Source: an uncultured Planctomycetota bacterium
GTDB taxonomy: Bacteria; Planctomycetota; Planctomycetia; Isosphaerales; Isosphaeraceae
Assembly (NCBI GenBank): GCA_963845755.1
Contig: CAWJTV010000033.1
Span: forward strand, 519,473 to 583,472
Reading direction: 5' to 3'
DNA length: 64,000 nt
Under the pieces are notes generated by a model. The model saw only the letters and a program-made list of their open reading frames with translations. It was not told where the DNA came from and did not search any database. This document shows positions 62,113-64,000 of the stretch, piece by piece. Within the stretch, counting starts at the first letter, position 1. Every line of letters begins with the position of its first letter. A program made the translations under genes and the position numbers.

Positions 62113-64000
62113 TTAGCATTGGAGGTCACCTGCTCTTCGTCGGAGGAAACCTGAATCTTGAGGGCACGCCTGAAGGAACTTCTCTCACAGGAAATCTCGA
62201 GATCCAAGCGGGTCCCAGTGTCATCGATTTTGGAGTTCAGTCTAGTATTCAATGGGATGACCCAGATGTACAACTGGCAATCGGCTTGGGAGAAGGAGGA
62301 CTGAACCTACTCTTAAAGAATGGGCGTCCGGTCGGTATGGGGATCGGCGCGGGGTGGGGGCCGAGGTTTCGTCGTATTCCGGGGTTCATTCCGACTCCGA
62401 ATCTTGTGATCCCTACCTCGAACAACTACCCAATTTGGCCGTTTCTTAGCAGACTGTTCAGATCGCTGTTCAACCGCTACTACTCTAGTGATCCCAACGA
62501 CAAACTCGCCCCCGCAGGCTTCGGTGGCTCCGCCTTCGTGCAGGCTGACAATTCGCTTGCCTATCAGGTCCTCTTTGAGAACAAACCCATAGCCACTGCC
62601 CCAGCTCAGAAGATCCTCGTCACCGACACTCTTGACCCGAACCTCGACCTCGCCACTTTCGTCCTGACCGGGATCACTTTTGCCGACCAGACCATCGCAA
62701 TCCCGGCAGGCCTCGATCATTACGAAACGACACTGCCGATCAAGGCCAACGGCGTCGACCTGCTAGCCGACGTCAACGCCTCGCTCGACCGTGCCACTCG
62801 CACCTTCACTCTCACACTCCAGGCCATCGACCCCGCCACCGGCTGGCTCCCCGACGACCCGCTTCTGGGCTTGCTCTATCCGGACGACGAGACCGGAAGG
62901 GGCCAGGGATCGGTGAGCTACGTGGTCAAGCCTCTGGCCGGGCTGCCCTCGGGGACGGTCATCACCAACGAGGCCCAGATCACCTTCGACTACAACGACC
63001 CGATGGACACCCCACTCGTCCACAACTCGCTCGACGCCGGCACGCCCACCAGCCAGGTCGATCCGTTGCCAGCCACGACGACCGACTCGACGGTGACGGT
63101 CTCCTGGTCGGGCCAGGACGAGGCCGGCGGCTCGGGCATCGCCGGCTACGATCTCTACGTCTCCCTTGACGGCGGTGCATTCCTGCCGGCCTTCACCGGG
63201 CTCACCGAGACATCGGCTACGCTCTGGGTCCTCCCCGGCCACACCTATTCCTTCTACACCATCGCTCATGACAACGTGGGCCACGTCCAGGCCACGCCGA
63301 CAGCCGCTCAGGCCACGATCCAGATTGCCTCTCCACTGAGCATCAGCTCGATCGCGGCAGTCTCACCCAACTCGCGGAACACGGCCGTATCGACCATCGA
63401 TGTCACCTTCAACAGGCCGATCAACACCAGCAGCCTCAGCCCGGCGCCTGGACCATGACCGACAACGGCGGGGCGAACCTGATCGACAGCGGCGTGACGC
63501 TCTCGCTCGTCCCGGGCACGACCTCGACATACGCGATCGGTGGTGTGGCCGGGCTGACCGCCGCCGAGGGGAACTACACGCTCACCGTCAACGCCGCCAA
63601 CATCGACGACCAGGACGGCAACCCCGGCGCCGGCTCTCTCGCGACCTCCTGGCTGATGGACACGACCCTACCCACCAGCGCGGTCGATCCCCGGCCCACG
63701 ACCACCACATCCACTAGCTTCACGGTCTCCGTGACCGCCTCCGACCCATCCGGCGCCGACGGCAGCACCCCCTCCGGGCTCGCCTCGATTGCGATCTACG
63801 TGTCCGAGAATCGCGGTCCGTTTACGCTTTTCACCACCCTCACCACCTCCGACCCATCGGCAACCTTCTCGGGCCAGGCCGGCAACACCTACGCCTTCTA
63901 CAGCGTCGCCACGGACAACGCCGGCAACGTCCAGCCCACGCCCTCCGCGGCGCAGGCCACGATCACCGTGACCAATACGCCGACGCCCACCCCAACTCCC

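Larger units (their letters stand above)
50606..64000 (+). pseudogene. giant secreted RHS/YD-repeat protein (Ig-like, Gly-rich repeats, CARDB-like, PPC-like, RHS core, internal cargo, DPNDK, Fn3-like), disrupted by two IS and several indels; continues beyond window
   Basis: N-terminal ..FVESLETRTLLS export motif and collinear ORF fragments. Excising each IS plus one target duplication gives joined sequences (EAPIN|LPSHG and KSTF|SIGG). Confidence 0.85.

Noticed and set aside
62004..62273. Immunity gene for the RHS cargo
   Set aside because: Antisense ORF overlapping the IS end and the cargo frame, with no supporting features.

Overview
GC-rich bacterial window, most likely Planctomycetota (Isosphaeraceae-like). 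This is inferred from LExRx(L/I)xS export motifs, a planctomycete-type ECF/Ser-Thr kinase pair and planctomycete-like palindromic repeats. Many conserved genes carry single-base frameshifts, most likely uncorrected long-read errors. Contents in order: glcE-like oxidoreductase; fabG-acpP-fabF; an accessory block (NACHT-pentapeptide protein, TPR-Cys-finger protein, ankyrin, DinB, truncated IS3, Uma2); moeB; glgP; Ser/Thr kinase; orphan Phd-like gene; desaturase; CPBP protease; phosphohexomutase with HAD; two tandem Gly-rich secreted paralogs; an ECF-like sigma factor with a signal-peptide-like N-terminus; bcp; archease; pfkB; ftsH; trxB; csrA; a Pho cluster (phoB, ybdK, M20, glycoside-hydrolase-like gene, pstBACS) with 11-bp-periodic Pho boxes and an IS4 inserted into a REP; an ECF-STK/WD40 pair. 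The window ends in a giant (>3400 aa reconstructed, runs off the window) secreted RHS/YD protein interrupted by ISKra4 and ISAzo13 elements. Removing both IS elements shows that the RHS core and its PxxxxDPxGL motif are followed by a ~141-aa low-GC cargo that is internal to the protein and continues into DPNDK and Fn3/Ig-like domains. No rRNA, tRNA or CRISPR-Cas was recognised.
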